Assembly (NCBI GenBank): GCA_037969075.1
Contig: JBBKWS010000128.1
Span: forward strand, 1 to 39,799
Source of the DNA: Bdellovibrionales bacterium
Lineage (GTDB): Bacteria; Bdellovibrionota; Bdellovibrionia; Bdellovibrionales; UBA840
Length of the DNA stretch: 39,799 bases
Direction: 5' to 3'
The notes under the pieces are model-generated. The model was not told the DNA's origin. It did no database searches and saw only the letters and a program-made list of their open reading frames with translations. Positions 1 through 9,582 of the stretch are shown here, one piece after another. How positions within the stretch are numbered: position 1 is the stretch's first letter; every line of letters begins with the position of its first letter. Position numbers and translations under genes: made by a program.

Positions 1-54
1 ACTACACCTGTTCCACATAACGGTTGTCGTCCTCCAAAGCGTAGAAGAGTATAA
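1..54 (+). CDS. rpsK: 30S ribosomal protein S11, C-terminal end (partial)
   Basis: Frame 1 reads TTPVPHNGCRPPKRRRV*, the universal uS11 C-terminus; lies directly upstream of rpoA. Not in the ORF track. Confidence 0.97.
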   Translation, partial: TTPVPHNGCRPPKRRRV

Positions 55-84
55 TTTAAATTTTTTGACTTTACTTAAGGAGCC

Positions 85-1158
85 ATGATGCAACAGCATT
101 ATTATAAATTTTGGAGAGAATTAATTCAACCCGCTGGTTACGAAGTAGATCGTGAGAGTTTAAATACTACTTATGGTCGTTTCAGCATTCGCCCTCTTGA
201 AAGAGGTTATGGTGTAACGCTTGGAAATTCTCTTAGACGTGTATTACTGAGCTCGATGATGGGTTCTGCAGTTGCTGCAGTAAGATTCGAAGGTGTATTG
301 CATGAGTTCACAACAATTCCGGATGTAATGGAAGATGTTACTGATATTATTCTTAATTTAAAAGAAGTTCGCTTTAGACAATATAGCTCTGAGCCAAAGA
401 CGATTGTAATTTCTAAGCAAGGTGCTGGTGTTGTTACTGCCGGAGATATTCAACTTCCTGATGGGATTGAAGTAATTAATCCAGATCAACACATTGCCAC
501 TCTTGGTGAGGCTGCAAACTTTAAAGCTGAACTAATGGTTTGTTATGGTCGTGGTTATGTTGCGGCAGAAGAGCAAAATACTGATCTACCGGTTGGTTTT
601 ATTGCGATAGATTCTCTTTATAGCCCAATTCGTCGAGTTAATTACCAAGTGGGTGCAGCCCGTGTTGGTCAAAAAACAGATTATGATTCTTTATCAATGG
701 AAATTTGGACTGACGGCTCTCTTCGTCCAGAAGAGGCGGTTTCATTAGGTTCAAAGATTTTAAAAGAACAGTTGCAACTGTTTATTGATTTTGACGAATC
801 TGAAGAAAAAGTTGAACAAGAAAAATCTGACTCTAAGCCACAGCTTAATGAAAACTTGTTTCGCTCTGTGGATGATCTTGAGTTGTCGGTTAGATCTGCT
901 AACTGTTTAAAGAACGCTAATATTCGTTATATCGGTGAGCTAGTAACTAGGTCAGAAGCTGAGATGTTAAAAACTAAAAACTTTGGTCGTAAGTCTTTAA
1001 ATGAAATTAAAGAGCTTCTTTCTGAAATGGGCTTAGGCTTAGGAATGAAAATCGAAGGCTGGCCTCCAAAAGATTGGGACCCAGATACTTATACAAGAAA
1101 CCGTCAGGCGGCAGCAGCAGCAGTTGCAGCACCGACTCCGACAAATACTGATGCGTAA
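85..1158 (+). CDS. rpoA: RNA polymerase subunit alpha
   Basis: [33 protein letters not shown] and [12 protein letters not shown] motifs; AAGGAG SD at 77-82, so ATG 88 may be the true start. Confidence 0.99.
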   Translation: MMQQHYYKFWRELIQPAGYEVDRESLNTTYGRFSIRPLERGYGVTLGNSLRRVLLSSMMGSAVAAVRFEGVLHEFTTIPDVMEDVTDIILNLKEVRFRQYSSEPKTIVISKQGAGVVTAGDIQLPDGIEVINPDQHIATLGEAANFKAELMVCYGRGYVAAEEQNTDLPVGFIAIDSLYSPIRRVNYQVGAARVGQKTDYDSLSMEIWTDGSLRPEEAVSLGSKILKEQLQLFIDFDESEEKVEQEKSDSKPQLNENLFRSVDDLELSVRSANCLKNANIRYIGELVTRSEAEMLKTKNFGRKSLNEIKELLSEMGLGLGMKIEGWPPKDWDPDTYTRNRQAAAAAVAAPTPTNTDA

Positions 1159-1182
1159 TAAAGTTTAATAGAGGAAAAGAAA

Positions 1183-1701
1183 ATGAGACATAATCGCATA
1201 ACAAAAACATTTAGTCGTGAAACTGGTCACCGTAAGGCGATGTTTCGTAATTTAGTTGTTTCTTTAGTTGAGTACGGAAGAATTAAAACAACTACTGATA
1301 AGGCTAAGCAATTGCGTAAACATATCGAAAAAGCGATTACAATTAGCAAAGAAGGTACATTGCAAGCTCATAGACTGTTGTTGTCTAAATACCCTAATAA
1401 AGTTGCTGTTAAAGCGCTTATGAAAGACATTGGGCCACGCTTTAAGGATAGAAAAGGTGGTTACACTAGAATTTTAAAAATTGGCCGTAGACCTGGTGAT
1501 TCAGCTGAAATGGCTATCATTGAGTTTGTTGATTACACTTTACCTGACGTTCCTAAGGAAGGAAAAGAAGCTAAAGGTACTGAGGATGCAACAAAGAAAA
1601 AGACTGTTAAAAAAGCTGCTCCTAAAAAGGCTGCTACTACTAAAAAGAAAACAGTAAAAAAAGCTGCTAAAAAAGCGAAGAAGAAAGCTACTAAAAAATA
1701 A
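1183..1701 (+). CDS. rplQ: 50S ribosomal protein L17 with Lys/Ala-rich C-terminal tail
   Basis: MRH...HRKAMFRNL, RIKTT, GGYTRILKIGRRPGDSAEMAIIE; follows rpoA. Confidence 0.98.
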   Translation: MRHNRITKTFSRETGHRKAMFRNLVVSLVEYGRIKTTTDKAKQLRKHIEKAITISKEGTLQAHRLLLSKYPNKVAVKALMKDIGPRFKDRKGGYTRILKIGRRPGDSAEMAIIEFVDYTLPDVPKEGKEAKGTEDATKKKTVKKAAPKKAATTKKKTVKKAAKKAKKKATKK

Positions 1702-1728
1702 TTAATATTATTAAAGGTAGTATTTAGT

Positions 1729-1756
1729 AAAAGCCCTCATTTGAGGGTTTTTTTTT
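1729..1756 (+). terminator. Rho-independent terminator of the alpha operon
   Basis: AAAAGCCCTCA-TT-TGAGGGTTTT hairpin followed by a T-run, ~28 nt after the rplQ stop. Confidence 0.9.
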
Positions 1757-1778
1757 GAATAAAACACATGTGTTTTGA

Positions 1779-1807
1779 TTGATTCTTAATTGAATCTTCA
1801 CTAGATT
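1779..1807 (+). promoter_or_regulatory. Putative sigma70 promoter, near-leaderless
   Basis: TTGATT(1779-1784)-N17-TAGATT(1802-1807)-N8-ATG(1816); no SD. Confidence 0.45.
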
Positions 1808-1815
1808 ATTTTCTT

Positions 1816-2499
1816 ATGGAATGGGAAGATATTCAAAATAGAAAACCTTTATATCTTAATATTGGTGGGTTCATGGATTGTGATCCTCGCCCCAATTATG
1901 AGAACTATGTTTCTGTTGATATGGGCGGTGATGGCACTACGGCAGTTAAGCATGATATGACAAAGCCACTGCCATTGGCCGATGATTCTGTCGACCATAT
2001 TTTAACAGAACATTTTCTTGAGCATGTATCCGCTGTGGATCTAGAGAATATATTAAACGAACTATATAGAGTGTTAAAGCCTGGTGGCCTGCTACGAGCA
2101 GCTGTTCCGGACTATAATCACCCCAGGGACATAGCTTATCTTCGTCGTGGACATGATCCAAGACATGCAGATCATCTTATATTACCCACGTACACTTTAC
2201 TTCGTGATATTGTGGCTAAATCAAAATTTAAAGAGGGCTCTTTTTACCATTATTGGCATGAAGGTGTCTTTCATTACTCGCCCGTTGATTACTCCAAAGG
2301 GCATATAAAAAGAACGCCAGACAATGACCCTCGCTGTAAGATGCCTACTCAGACCTTGAAAAAGTGGGAGATTTATATTTCTAACTTTTTTTATAAACTT
2401 AAAAAAAGGTTCAAGTATACAGAGCATGAACTTTTGGGGCGACGAGGTAGTAAGTATGGAGCTACTTCTATCTTGTTTGATTTGAATAAACCAAAGTGA
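1816..2499 (+). CDS. Class I SAM-dependent methyltransferase (Methyltransf_11-like)
   Basis: LNIGG motif I variant, PLPLADDSVDHILTEHFLEH, ELYRVLKPGG. Confidence 0.8.
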   Translation: MEWEDIQNRKPLYLNIGGFMDCDPRPNYENYVSVDMGGDGTTAVKHDMTKPLPLADDSVDHILTEHFLEHVSAVDLENILNELYRVLKPGGLLRAAVPDYNHPRDIAYLRRGHDPRHADHLILPTYTLLRDIVAKSKFKEGSFYHYWHEGVFHYSPVDYSKGHIKRTPDNDPRCKMPTQTLKKWEIYISNFFYKLKKRFKYTEHELLGRRGSKYGATSILFDLNKPK

Positions 2500-2530
2500 T
2501 TTTCTGTGGACTGTTACCTTTTATAGAAAA

Positions 2531-3106
2531 GTGGATAAGATGGCCCAAATAAAAAATCGTTTTTTAGGCTCTTTAGTTTTAGTAAGTCTTTTGGCTGCGG
2601 GCTTTGTTGCGTATTGGTTCAATAGTAAAGAAGAAGCCACTAAGAGACAGAAGGCTGTTTATGAAAATCTAGAAATTTTAGAGGTTGATGGGGCTTTCGA
2701 CTTTGTAAAGCCCACCGTAGAGGGTGAGTCGTTTCGTTTTCATACGCTTAAGGGACAAGTAGTTTTACTTAACTTTTGGGCGTCTTGGTGTGCTCCCTGT
2801 GTGATTGAGTATCCTTCGATGTTACGGTTAGTGGATTCATTTGGTGGAAAACTCAAAATGGTTGCAGTATCGCAAGATGAATCACGAGATGATGTCGAGC
2901 GCTTTTTGAAACGCTTCGGCAAAGGATCAGATGATGTTATTCATATTTGGGACCCCAATAGAGAAGTTGCAAAGAAATTTGGAACCGAAAAGTTACCTGA
3001 AACCTATATTTTTAATAAAGAACTAAAGTTAGTTAGAAAAGTGCCTAACTCAGAAGACTGGGGAAGGCATGAAGTAAGAGAGTATTTAAAGCAGCTTTTA
3101 AGGTAG
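2531..3106 (+). CDS. TlpA/ResA-family thiol-disulfide oxidoreductase, membrane-anchored
   Basis: VLLNFWASWCAPC (CxxC), LPETYIF cis-Pro loop, N-terminal TM helix; start may be ATG 2540. Confidence 0.9.
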   Translation: MDKMAQIKNRFLGSLVLVSLLAAGFVAYWFNSKEEATKRQKAVYENLEILEVDGAFDFVKPTVEGESFRFHTLKGQVVLLNFWASWCAPCVIEYPSMLRLVDSFGGKLKMVAVSQDESRDDVERFLKRFGKGSDDVIHIWDPNREVAKKFGTEKLPETYIFNKELKLVRKVPNSEDWGRHEVREYLKQLLR

Positions 3107-3137
3107 GTGCAATGTGACTCAATTCAAAGATGGTATA

Positions 3138-4337
3138 ATGAAATTTTTAATATTTGGCTATTTGCTAGCATTACTTACATCAATGGCCGGTATGGAGATA
3201 TTCAGCGTATTGATTGTGCTTACGACTCTATTTTTTTTAGTTACTGGAAGATACACTTTTAAATTTTCTAAATTAACTGTCGGTATTATTTTGTTGTTTT
3301 TCTTGTCGCATATCTTAAGCATAATACTTTCTCCATACATACAATCGACAGACTTTATAGATTATCTTCGCAAGGCAAGATGGATATTATACCTTTTCAT
3401 CATTCCTATTTTTTTAAAAGAGAATGTTGAGAATATTGTTAAGTACCGACGTGTATTCTTATGGTTATTACTACTAGTTTCTATATACAGTTTGGTGCAA
3501 GTTTTTTCTGGCGTAGATTTTTTTAGAAAAACGTCCTATTATAAATTCCAGGAAATATATTCCATCACTCTATGGAGAGCAAAAGGATTCTACACTAATA
3601 CAATGACCTATTCATATATTATGGGTATCATACTAAGCTTTTTATTTCCTTTTGTATTACGCAACTGGAGGAGCGACAAGCTTCTTTCAATTTCTTACGG
3701 ACTGACCTTGATTTCATTTTTTCTAGGATTTACTAGAGGGGCTTGGCTTGCATTAGTAGTCACATTTGTATTGATCATATTGCTGTTCTACAGACACTTG
3801 GTGAAAAAAACATTGGTCTGCCTAATCTCAGGTGCGCTAATTTTATTATTAATCCCTGGAATGCAGGCCAGAGTATTGTCTATTCTAAATCCTGAGGATT
3901 TAAGCAGACTGCATAGACTAAATATCTGGAAAGCTAATGTTGAAATGTTTAAAGACAATTTTTATACAGGGGTAGGCTTGAATCAAAATACAGACTTAAC
4001 TCCGCGGTACTTTGATAAGCTTGGGATTGTACAAGATTTCTATGGGCACGGTCATAATAGTTTTATTCAATACCTATCTACTACAGGTATAATAGGTTTT
4101 TTCACATTAATACTATTTACCATTTATTTTTTGGTAGTAACTTTTAAATGTATAGAGTCTCATGCTAATTTCAAAGAACAGCAGATCCTTATTGGTTTGA
4201 TGTCAGCGCAAATATTCTTCATTCTCGGCGGCCTTACGGAAGCACTAATTATAGATGCTGAAATTCTACATTGGTATAGTCTAACTATTTCTAGCATTAT
4301 CTATTTAAAACACAGAAAAGAATATGTTCAGCCTTAG
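3138..4337 (+). CDS. O-antigen ligase (WaaL/Wzy_C) family protein
   Basis: Polytopic hydrophobic protein with TRGAWL, RLNIWK...F..N..TGVG and GHGHNSFIQ motifs. ATG 3138 preferred over GTG 3114. Confidence 0.85.
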   Translation: MKFLIFGYLLALLTSMAGMEIFSVLIVLTTLFFLVTGRYTFKFSKLTVGIILLFFLSHILSIILSPYIQSTDFIDYLRKARWILYLFIIPIFLKENVENIVKYRRVFLWLLLLVSIYSLVQVFSGVDFFRKTSYYKFQEIYSITLWRAKGFYTNTMTYSYIMGIILSFLFPFVLRNWRSDKLLSISYGLTLISFFLGFTRGAWLALVVTFVLIILLFYRHLVKKTLVCLISGALILLLIPGMQARVLSILNPEDLSRLHRLNIWKANVEMFKDNFYTGVGLNQNTDLTPRYFDKLGIVQDFYGHGHNSFIQYLSTTGIIGFFTLILFTIYFLVVTFKCIESHANFKEQQILIGLMSAQIFFILGGLTEALIIDAEILHWYSLTISSIIYLKHRKEYVQP

Positions 4338-4355
4338 GCAAGGTTTGCGTTTAAT

Positions 4356-5388
4356 ATGAGAGACTTATCATTCATCATAATTTTTTTTATTTTCGTGCTT
4401 AGTTCAATTTTGATTATTATTACATTGAATTACTCTTATGATCCTATGAATGTATATGGTCACACCCATATATATGTTAAATCTAAATTTCATAGGTTTG
4501 TAAATTTAGGTATATTTCGACAAGAAAAATTTAGTATGGCGATTTTTGGTACATCAACGACTGAAAATTTTCACGTAGAAAAAATTAAAGAGAAATACGG
4601 TATTGATACTATTAAATTATCAATGAATGGAGCAACTGCATTTGAGCTTAATAAGGCCATGAATTTTTTTTGAATAAAAAAAAGATTGATACAGTGATTT
4701 TAGCAATTGATCCTATAACCAGTATGAGTCAGACGCCAGGATTTTATGAGTCGAACAACAGTCTGCCAATGTATTTGTATGATGATATGATCTGGAATGA
4801 TATAGCATATGTAGGTAGTTTAGACGCATTAAAAATGACTTGGGAAAAATTGTTTTATAGTAAAACCGATACAGACAGCCAGTTTACAGAAGATTTGGAT
4901 TTACTGTATAACTGGCATAAGTTAAATACAGGTAGGTTTTCAAGGGAGTCAGTCCTTAATTCCTTTAATAAAGAAATTAGTAAAGATCCAGAGCTATTTA
5001 ATCCGGAGCTTTATGCTAATCTAATCAAGAATTTTGATAAATTTATTTTCCCTGTTCTTGAAAAATACCCAGATGTTACGTTCAAAGTTTATTTCCCGCC
5101 GTATTCAGTATTTTTTTAAAACTGTGGAGTGAACAAGGCTATATGGATGATATACTTCGGTTTAGAAAATCCTTAGCTAGGCAAGTGGAAGTCCTGTCTA
5201 ATGTGGAATTATATGATTTTCAAACTAATATTGATATTACGGTGAATTTAAATAATTATAAAGATTTATTTCATTTTCGTGAGGAAGTTAATGATTTTAT
5301 ATTGGAGAAAATTTTTTCAAAATATGAGAAAGTTAATTTTGAAACTGCAAATATACAGGTATTAGAAAGCATAAGGTTGGCGAAGTAA
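4356..5388 (+). pseudogene. Frameshifted SGNH/DltD-like extracytoplasmic acyltransferase-associated protein (paralog of 31940-32971)
   Basis: ORFs 4356-4673, 4670-5119 and 5143-5388 join into one ~344-aa protein if one T is added at T8 (4664-4671) and one at T7 (5111-5117). GTS, FPPYS and NYKDLFH motifs match the paralog. Confidence 0.85.
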
Positions 5389-5481
5389 GTAACCTTGTAG
5401 CTATGCTTGTTGTAGGTTTAGAGATTGTCATTGCAGCTCTTTATATTTATCGGGTTAGGCTTATCGAGCTTATACATCATA

Positions 5482-6702
5482 CTATTTAGCCTCTTTACGA
5501 GAGTGTGCTTTATATTTTTTCTGAAAGCAGGCGGTAACAGTATCATTAATGTCTTCAGGGTAAAGCAATTGTGACCTTATTGGCATTTGTGGTTTTTTTC
5601 TAATAGAAAAGCGCAGGAATGTACGAGTCGGCCCGATTAGGCTTAAGAAAATGACTATACTTAATATTACTTTTAGATATTTATATTTTTTTTGTTCTTC
5701 CATATTGAGAAAAATATAATATGACAGCAATATACTAAACATAAAAAAACCAGGCATTTGGTTTCTACTGCGATTCTCGAGGAAACATAGTGTAGCATTA
5801 AAAATCATTAATACATGTAGAGGTAGCATTTTTATTAACTGCATTTTACTTTTAAATGCTAATATATACATAAAAACTGCTAAAATTATAAATGTAATTT
5901 GAGTATAAAGAAATGGATTATCCGCATTGTGTACCCCTAATAATCCATTCCATATGTTCATAAATGGATTTCCCATTTCTTCTTCATATGATTGAATACT
6001 ATTTAGAGCGCCAGATGCAAGTATTACCCTAAGAGAAGTGTACACAATTAATGGAAATATACCTGCGAAGAGCCAATGCCAATCCCATTTTTTATATAGC
6101 GATATGTTTCTAAGAAATATAAGTCCAAAAAATGAAGAATAGATGATACCGAATTCTTTAAATAAAGGGCTCATGCAGATTAAAAATAATATTAGGATAT
6201 AATAATTTCGTCTAATTAAATTTATACCTTCAAAGAAATTAAAATAAATCCATAGACTAAGTATTCCAGTGAGATTGGCAAAAGCATTGTGAGAAGAGGT
6301 AAGCCAGACTATTTGACTCCCTCCATCATGTGATAGAGGTAAAATGGCAGTAACAGTTGAATAAAAATAACTTTTAGTGAGCGAGAAAGTAATGCCAAAT
6401 AATAAAAAAGCTATCGTCATCCAAATCATCAGATTCATGATATACATAGGTTTTGTATTGCATCCGAACAATTTCCACTGCAGCTTATAATAAAACTTCG
6501 CTAGAGGTCTATATGAAGGTGCTATTTTTACGTAAGAAGTTGTGAATATCTCACTAACGCTTTGAGATTCACCAATAGAAAGCGCAATATAGTTATGCTT
6601 TTCAAAGCCGTGAAAATTAAATACAAAAAAATACTTAATGCAATAAAGTAGAACAACAACAGCGACTGATGCCAATATCTTATGAGTTTTAGTTTTTAAC
6701 AT
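5482..6702 (-). CDS. Polytopic GT-C-fold glycosyltransferase-like membrane protein
   Basis: SYRPL...LFG.N...Y..NL and L.KE motifs, many TM helices; downstream of GT2 and flippase-like genes. Confidence 0.6.
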   Translation of the reverse strand: MLKTKTHKILASVAVVVLLYCIKYFFVFNFHGFEKHNYIALSIGESQSVSEIFTTSYVKIAPSYRPLAKFYYKLQWKLFGCNTKPMYIMNLMIWMTIAFLLFGITFSLTKSYFYSTVTAILPLSHDGGSQIVWLTSSHNAFANLTGILSLWIYFNFFEGINLIRRNYYILILFLICMSPLFKEFGIIYSSFFGLIFLRNISLYKKWDWHWLFAGIFPLIVYTSLRVILASGALNSIQSYEEEMGNPFMNIWNGLLGVHNADNPFLYTQITFIILAVFMYILAFKSKMQLIKMLPLHVLMIFNATLCFLENRSRNQMPGFFMFSILLSYYIFLNMEEQKKYKYLKVILSIVIFLSLIGPTRTFLRFSIRKKPQMPIRSQLLYPEDINDTVTACFQKKYKAHSRKEAK

Positions 6703-7604
6703 ATATTATCCTTGAATTCTTTCTTTTTAATCTTTTTGTATAAATCTAAGTATTCATTTAGAAATAATGAGCCAATTAGTGGCGGGATTAGCATTCTTAT
6801 AAATATAAGAATACTTAGTGTTGTTATCACCTCTATGCTGAGTTGGTCTTTTAAAATTTGACTTAGAGTCACTTCGCGGACTCCGATTCCCATGAATGAA
6901 ATAGGTAAAAAGCCAGCGTAAAAACTTACATACAAGGCACGACAAAATGCAATAATTGATTGTAATGACAAGTTCAGTGCAAGATAAAAAGTATAAAATT
7001 GTATGGTCTGCACAGCCCATATGACAGTTGATATGAGGGCCGCGGAGATTTTTATTGAGGTGTCAATTTTTCTAAAAAGCTGCAGCTTTAGAGGTATAAA
7101 TCTAGTGAGTGAGAAAAATAAAAAAGCAGAAATAAAACCTAAAAATAAAAGTAGAAAACCGTTATTTAATGTGCTGTTGGTGTAACTAATTAAAAAAATG
7201 ATCGCACATACCACTCCAGCACCAAATAAATCCGCAAATTTTTCTAGAGCGACAATGTTCAAAGAATCTTTTTTACTTTTGGTGGATGAGTATATAATAA
7301 ACGACTTAATAAATGCACCCATTTTAAAAGGCAAAATTGGATCTAGTGTGTTTGCCCCTAATGATTGCTTCAATGAAGTGCCAAAATCTAAGGATACATA
7401 TTGCGAAGCAATGATTTTCCAGCGATAGGAACTTAATAAAATTAATGCAATATTCGTGGAGAGAATTAAAAGCCAACTTAGAAGGTCTATAGAAAGTATG
7501 CTGTTTAGTAAGGCTATAAAATCGACATTTCTATAGTAAAAGTAGATACAACCAACGCTAAAAACAATGGTCAGTAGTTTATATATAATTTTATTTCTTT
7601 TCAT
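6696..7604 (-). CDS. LPG_synthase_TM (UPF0104/AglD2) flippase-like protein
   Basis: YRWKII, LPFKMG, LEKFADL and LPISFMGIGVRE motifs. Confidence 0.8.
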   Translation of the reverse strand: MKRNKIIYKLLTIVFSVGCIYFYYRNVDFIALLNSILSIDLLSWLLILSTNIALILLSSYRWKIIASQYVSLDFGTSLKQSLGANTLDPILPFKMGAFIKSFIIYSSTKSKKDSLNIVALEKFADLFGAGVVCAIIFLISYTNSTLNNGFLLLFLGFISAFLFFSLTRFIPLKLQLFRKIDTSIKISAALISTVIWAVQTIQFYTFYLALNLSLQSIIAFCRALYVSFYAGFLPISFMGIGVREVTLSQILKDQLSIEVITTLSILIFIRMLIPPLIGSLFLNEYLDLYKKIKKKEFKDNIC

Positions 7605-8550
7605 TTATGCTAGTCGTGCGATTAATTATATAAGGATAAGATTTTGCTGTGGTGTTAAATATAGACGTTATAATTTCTAAGGTGATTCCAAAGCTTAGTA
7701 TAATAGCAGAAAAGACATAAAGCATGCATGATATTAAAAAAATGGGCCGTGAGTGTATATCAAATCCTAACTCTAGCTTTTGATAAACCAAAAAACATAA
7801 AATAACTGTGGGAATAAATGCGAAGTAGATACTAATTCGACCCAAGGTATAAATGGGTCTAGATTTATTTGCGCTTAAAAACCATAGCATAATGATATCG
7901 AAAACTACATCGATAGTTCTACCGATGCCGATTCCATACTTACTTACACCTTTATATCTAGGAGGTGCTGATATGAATACTTCTCCTAATCTAGCTCCCA
8001 TAATACTAAATATTGCAGGTAAATACCTATGCTGTCCTGGTCGTATTTGTAGCTGTCTTAATAAGTCGCCACGTACGACTTTAAATCCACCCATATCTCG
8101 AATTGAAGTGTTAGCAATTCTACGTAATAAAAAATTTGCCATCAAACTAGGAAGTTTTCGGAAAATAAATGATTCTGAGCGCTTTTTACGTGATCCCGAT
8201 ACAAAGTCATAACCTTTCTGCATCTCTAGTAGGAGTAGAGGTATTTCTTCTGGAAGGTGTTGCAGGTCTCCATCCATAATTACAACCCAATCATTTTTTG
8301 AGTTTTGAATGCCAGCGTAAACTGCAATGGCCTGTCCTCGATTTTTTGATAAATGTATGACTTTAAGGCTGTAATATTTTTTTGCTAATTCATCCATTAT
8401 TTCTGAGGTCTTATCAGTTGAACCATCATTTACTAAAATAATTTCATAATTTAGATTTAGCTTAGAAAGCACATTGTCTGTTCGTGAAACAAACTCTGTA
8501 ACGCATTCTTCTTCATTATAAAAGGGGGTTACAATTGATACACTCTTCAT
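7591..8550 (-). CDS. GT2 polyprenol-phosphate glycosyltransferase (ArnC/GtrB-like)
   Basis: SIVTPFYNEE, VNDGSTD, MDGDLQH, two C-terminal TM helices. Confidence 0.9.
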   Translation of the reverse strand: MKSVSIVTPFYNEEECVTEFVSRTDNVLSKLNLNYEIILVNDGSTDKTSEIMDELAKKYYSLKVIHLSKNRGQAIAVYAGIQNSKNDWVVIMDGDLQHLPEEIPLLLLEMQKGYDFVSGSRKKRSESFIFRKLPSLMANFLLRRIANTSIRDMGGFKVVRGDLLRQLQIRPGQHRYLPAIFSIMGARLGEVFISAPPRYKGVSKYGIGIGRTIDVVFDIIMLWFLSANKSRPIYTLGRISIYFAFIPTVILCFLVYQKLELGFDIHSRPIFLISCMLYVFSAIILSFGITLEIITSIFNTTAKSYPYIINRTTSINEKK

Positions 8551-8556
8551 ATTGAC

Positions 8557-9582
8557 TTATAATTGTTTCACATACCAGGGGATGTATTCACTCATGCCCT
8601 TAGAAATAGTGTGTGTGTGCTTATATTTTAAAAGTTCCTCTGCTTTGGAAATGTCTGCGAGAGAGTGCCGAATGTCACCAGACCTAAAGTCCTCGTATGT
8701 AATATCCAGATTTTTTACATGTGGATAATGGTCGCTAAGGTGAGTTACGATTATTTGATACAGTTGCTTTAAGCTAGTGGCCTCTGCGCATGCTACATTA
8801 TACACTTGATTGATAGCCTTTTGGTCTTCTGTTGTTGCTGCTAATATATTCATCTGAACAACATTTTTAATGAAACAAAAATCTCTACTAGTCTCGCCAT
8901 CACCGAAGATCACAACAGGTTTATTATCAACTAGTGATTTAATCCAGCGAGGTATTACAGCCGCATAGGCACCATTGGGGTCTTGTCGAGGACCAAAAAC
9001 ATTAAAATAACGTAGGCCAATAGTATCCATCTGATAAATCTGTGAAAAATTTTTAGCGTAGATTTCATTTATTAGCTTAGTAATCGCGTATGGGGATAGG
9101 GGGGTGCCAATCTTATTTTCTTGCTTTGGTAGCTCTAACGAATCGCCGTATACAGAGCTTGAAGAGGCATATACTATTCTCTTAATATTGCTTTCTTTTG
9201 CTGCTAAAAAAATATTAAGTGTCCCGTCGACATTATTTATATGAGAATCAAGAGGGCGTTCGATAGAGCGTGGCACAGAACCTACCGCTGCTTGGTGACT
9301 AATGTAGTCCATGTTACTAGTCGCCATTAAGCAAGTCTTGTAATCTGTAATATCACCATGAACAAACTTAAAGGAGGCATTGTGTTTTTTTGCAACAGAC
9401 TCTAGAAAGTTAACGTTTTCAATATGACCACTACTTAGGTTGTCTAGTACAGTTACGTCTTGTTTGGTAGTCAGTAAAAATTCTGCAATATTTGACCCAA
9501 TGAAACCGGCCCCCCCAGTTACAAGCCATCTTTTGGGCGACATTAATAACTGAGTTGTTACATCCTGAATAGAATTAGACAT
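8557..9582 (-). CDS. wbpP: UDP-GlcNAc(A) 4-epimerase (WbpP/TviC-like)
   Basis: WLVTGGAGFIGS, HQAAVGSVPRS, SPYAITK, GLRYFNVFGPRQDPNGAYAAVIP. Confidence 0.9.
   Translation of the reverse strand: MSNSIQDVTTQLLMSPKRWLVTGGAGFIGSNIAEFLLTTKQDVTVLDNLSSGHIENVNFLESVAKKHNASFKFVHGDITDYKTCLMATSNMDYISHQAAVGSVPRSIERPLDSHINNVDGTLNIFLAAKESNIKRIVYASSSSVYGDSLELPKQENKIGTPLSPYAITKLINEIYAKNFSQIYQMDTIGLRYFNVFGPRQDPNGAYAAVIPRWIKSLVDNKPVVIFGDGETSRDFCFIKNVVQMNILAATTEDQKAINQVYNVACAEATSLKQLYQIIVTHLSDHYPHVKNLDITYEDFRSGDIRHSLADISKAEELLKYKHTHTISKGMSEYIPWYVKQL

Noticed and set aside
3131..3140. TGGTATAAT extended -10 box at the WaaL-like start as another leaderless promoter
   Set aside because: The hexamer overlaps the ATG itself and there is no correctly spaced -35 or downstream start, so it was not counted.
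5530..5540. GGCGGTAAC resembling an ops/JUMPstart element
   Set aside because: Mismatches the GGCGGTAG core, lies antisense within a CDS and is not upstream of an operon.
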